Shown here in pieces: positions 63,978-64,000 of a stretch of DNA of 64,000 nt (positions within the stretch are counted from its first letter, which is position 1; each line of letters starts with the position of its first letter). A program made the translations under genes and the position numbers. Below the pieces are notes generated by a model, which ran no database searches, was not told the DNA's origin, and saw only the letters and a list, made by a program, of their open reading frames with translations. The DNA is from an uncultured Alphaproteobacteria bacterium (lineage in GTDB: Bacteria > Pseudomonadota > Alphaproteobacteria > RF32 > CAG-239). Location of the stretch: positions 13,885 through 77,884 of the forward strand of contig CALXTN010000006.1 in the NCBI GenBank assembly GCA_944391405.1, in the 5' to 3' direction.

Positions 63978-64000
63978 AATAACCCAACCTATACACGGAA

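Larger units (their letters stand above)
45044..64000 (-). mobile_element. prophage (T7-like podovirus morphogenesis and packaging module); continues past the right window edge
   Basis: 17 co-oriented, tightly packed genes: terS, terL, portal, scaffold, capsid, gp11-like, gp12-like and internal/ejection proteins. The portal-to-giant-protein order is colinear with T7 gp8-gp16. Confidence 0.85.

Noticed and set aside
45044-64000. Diversity-generating retroelement or other reverse-transcriptase system in the podovirus tail region.
   Set aside because: No ORF has RT motifs (YxDD). No C-type-lectin-like tail-fibre gene is present. I could not spot a template/variable repeat pair.

Overview
AT-rich bacterial chromosomal segment. 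The standard genetic code applies, because all housekeeping ORFs are full length. Gene content and synteny (GatB/YqeY-dnaG, rpoD with a long acidic spacer, rpsF-rpsR-rplI, and a zinc-ribbon/DUF3426-type gene divergent from ftsEX) suggest a low-GC, probably host-associated proteobacterium, possibly an alphaproteobacterium. This assignment is inference only.

Positions 1-44.9 kb hold housekeeping genes: malQ (partial), tsaC/sua5, pepA, dnaJ, hemW, plsC, ftsEX, dnaG, rpoD, S6-S18-L9, ybaK, hsp20 and tRNA-Glu(UUC). Orphan or accessory genes are interspersed among them:
- a two-gene operon encoding a 1420-aa protein with a type-IV-pilin-like N-terminus
- an ankyrin-like gene, and an LRR-like gene flanked by two paralogous lipoprotein genes
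- a WbsX-DUF218 fusion
- an 844-aa orphan gene and a 590-bp hairpin-dense non-coding region inserted between dnaG and rpoD
- a disrupted IS200 copy between two paralogous membrane-protein genes
- a serum-amyloid-A-like gene with a small membrane partner next to tRNA-Glu

Positions 45.0-64.0 kb (all minus strand, continuing past the right edge) hold the packaging and structural half of a T7-like podovirus prophage. The order is terS, terL, portal, scaffold, capsid, decoration, gp11-like, split gp12-like, GNAT, internal proteins, and a 1731-aa polyvalent ejection protein. No integrase, lysis or tail-fibre gene is visible.

The signals I consider most worth follow-up are:
- the repeated hairpins with covarying stems and a conserved UUUGUGAAAA loop at 26.85-27.27 kb
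- the SAA-like gene pair
- the giant pilin-like protein
- the split nozzle gene with a PEGA-like insertion
- a promoter-plus-terminators leader inside the phage late operon

No CRISPR array, rRNA or recognisable defence system was seen. Many start codons in the ORF track are TTG; where an ATG with a Shine-Dalgarno sequence lies just downstream I used that instead.
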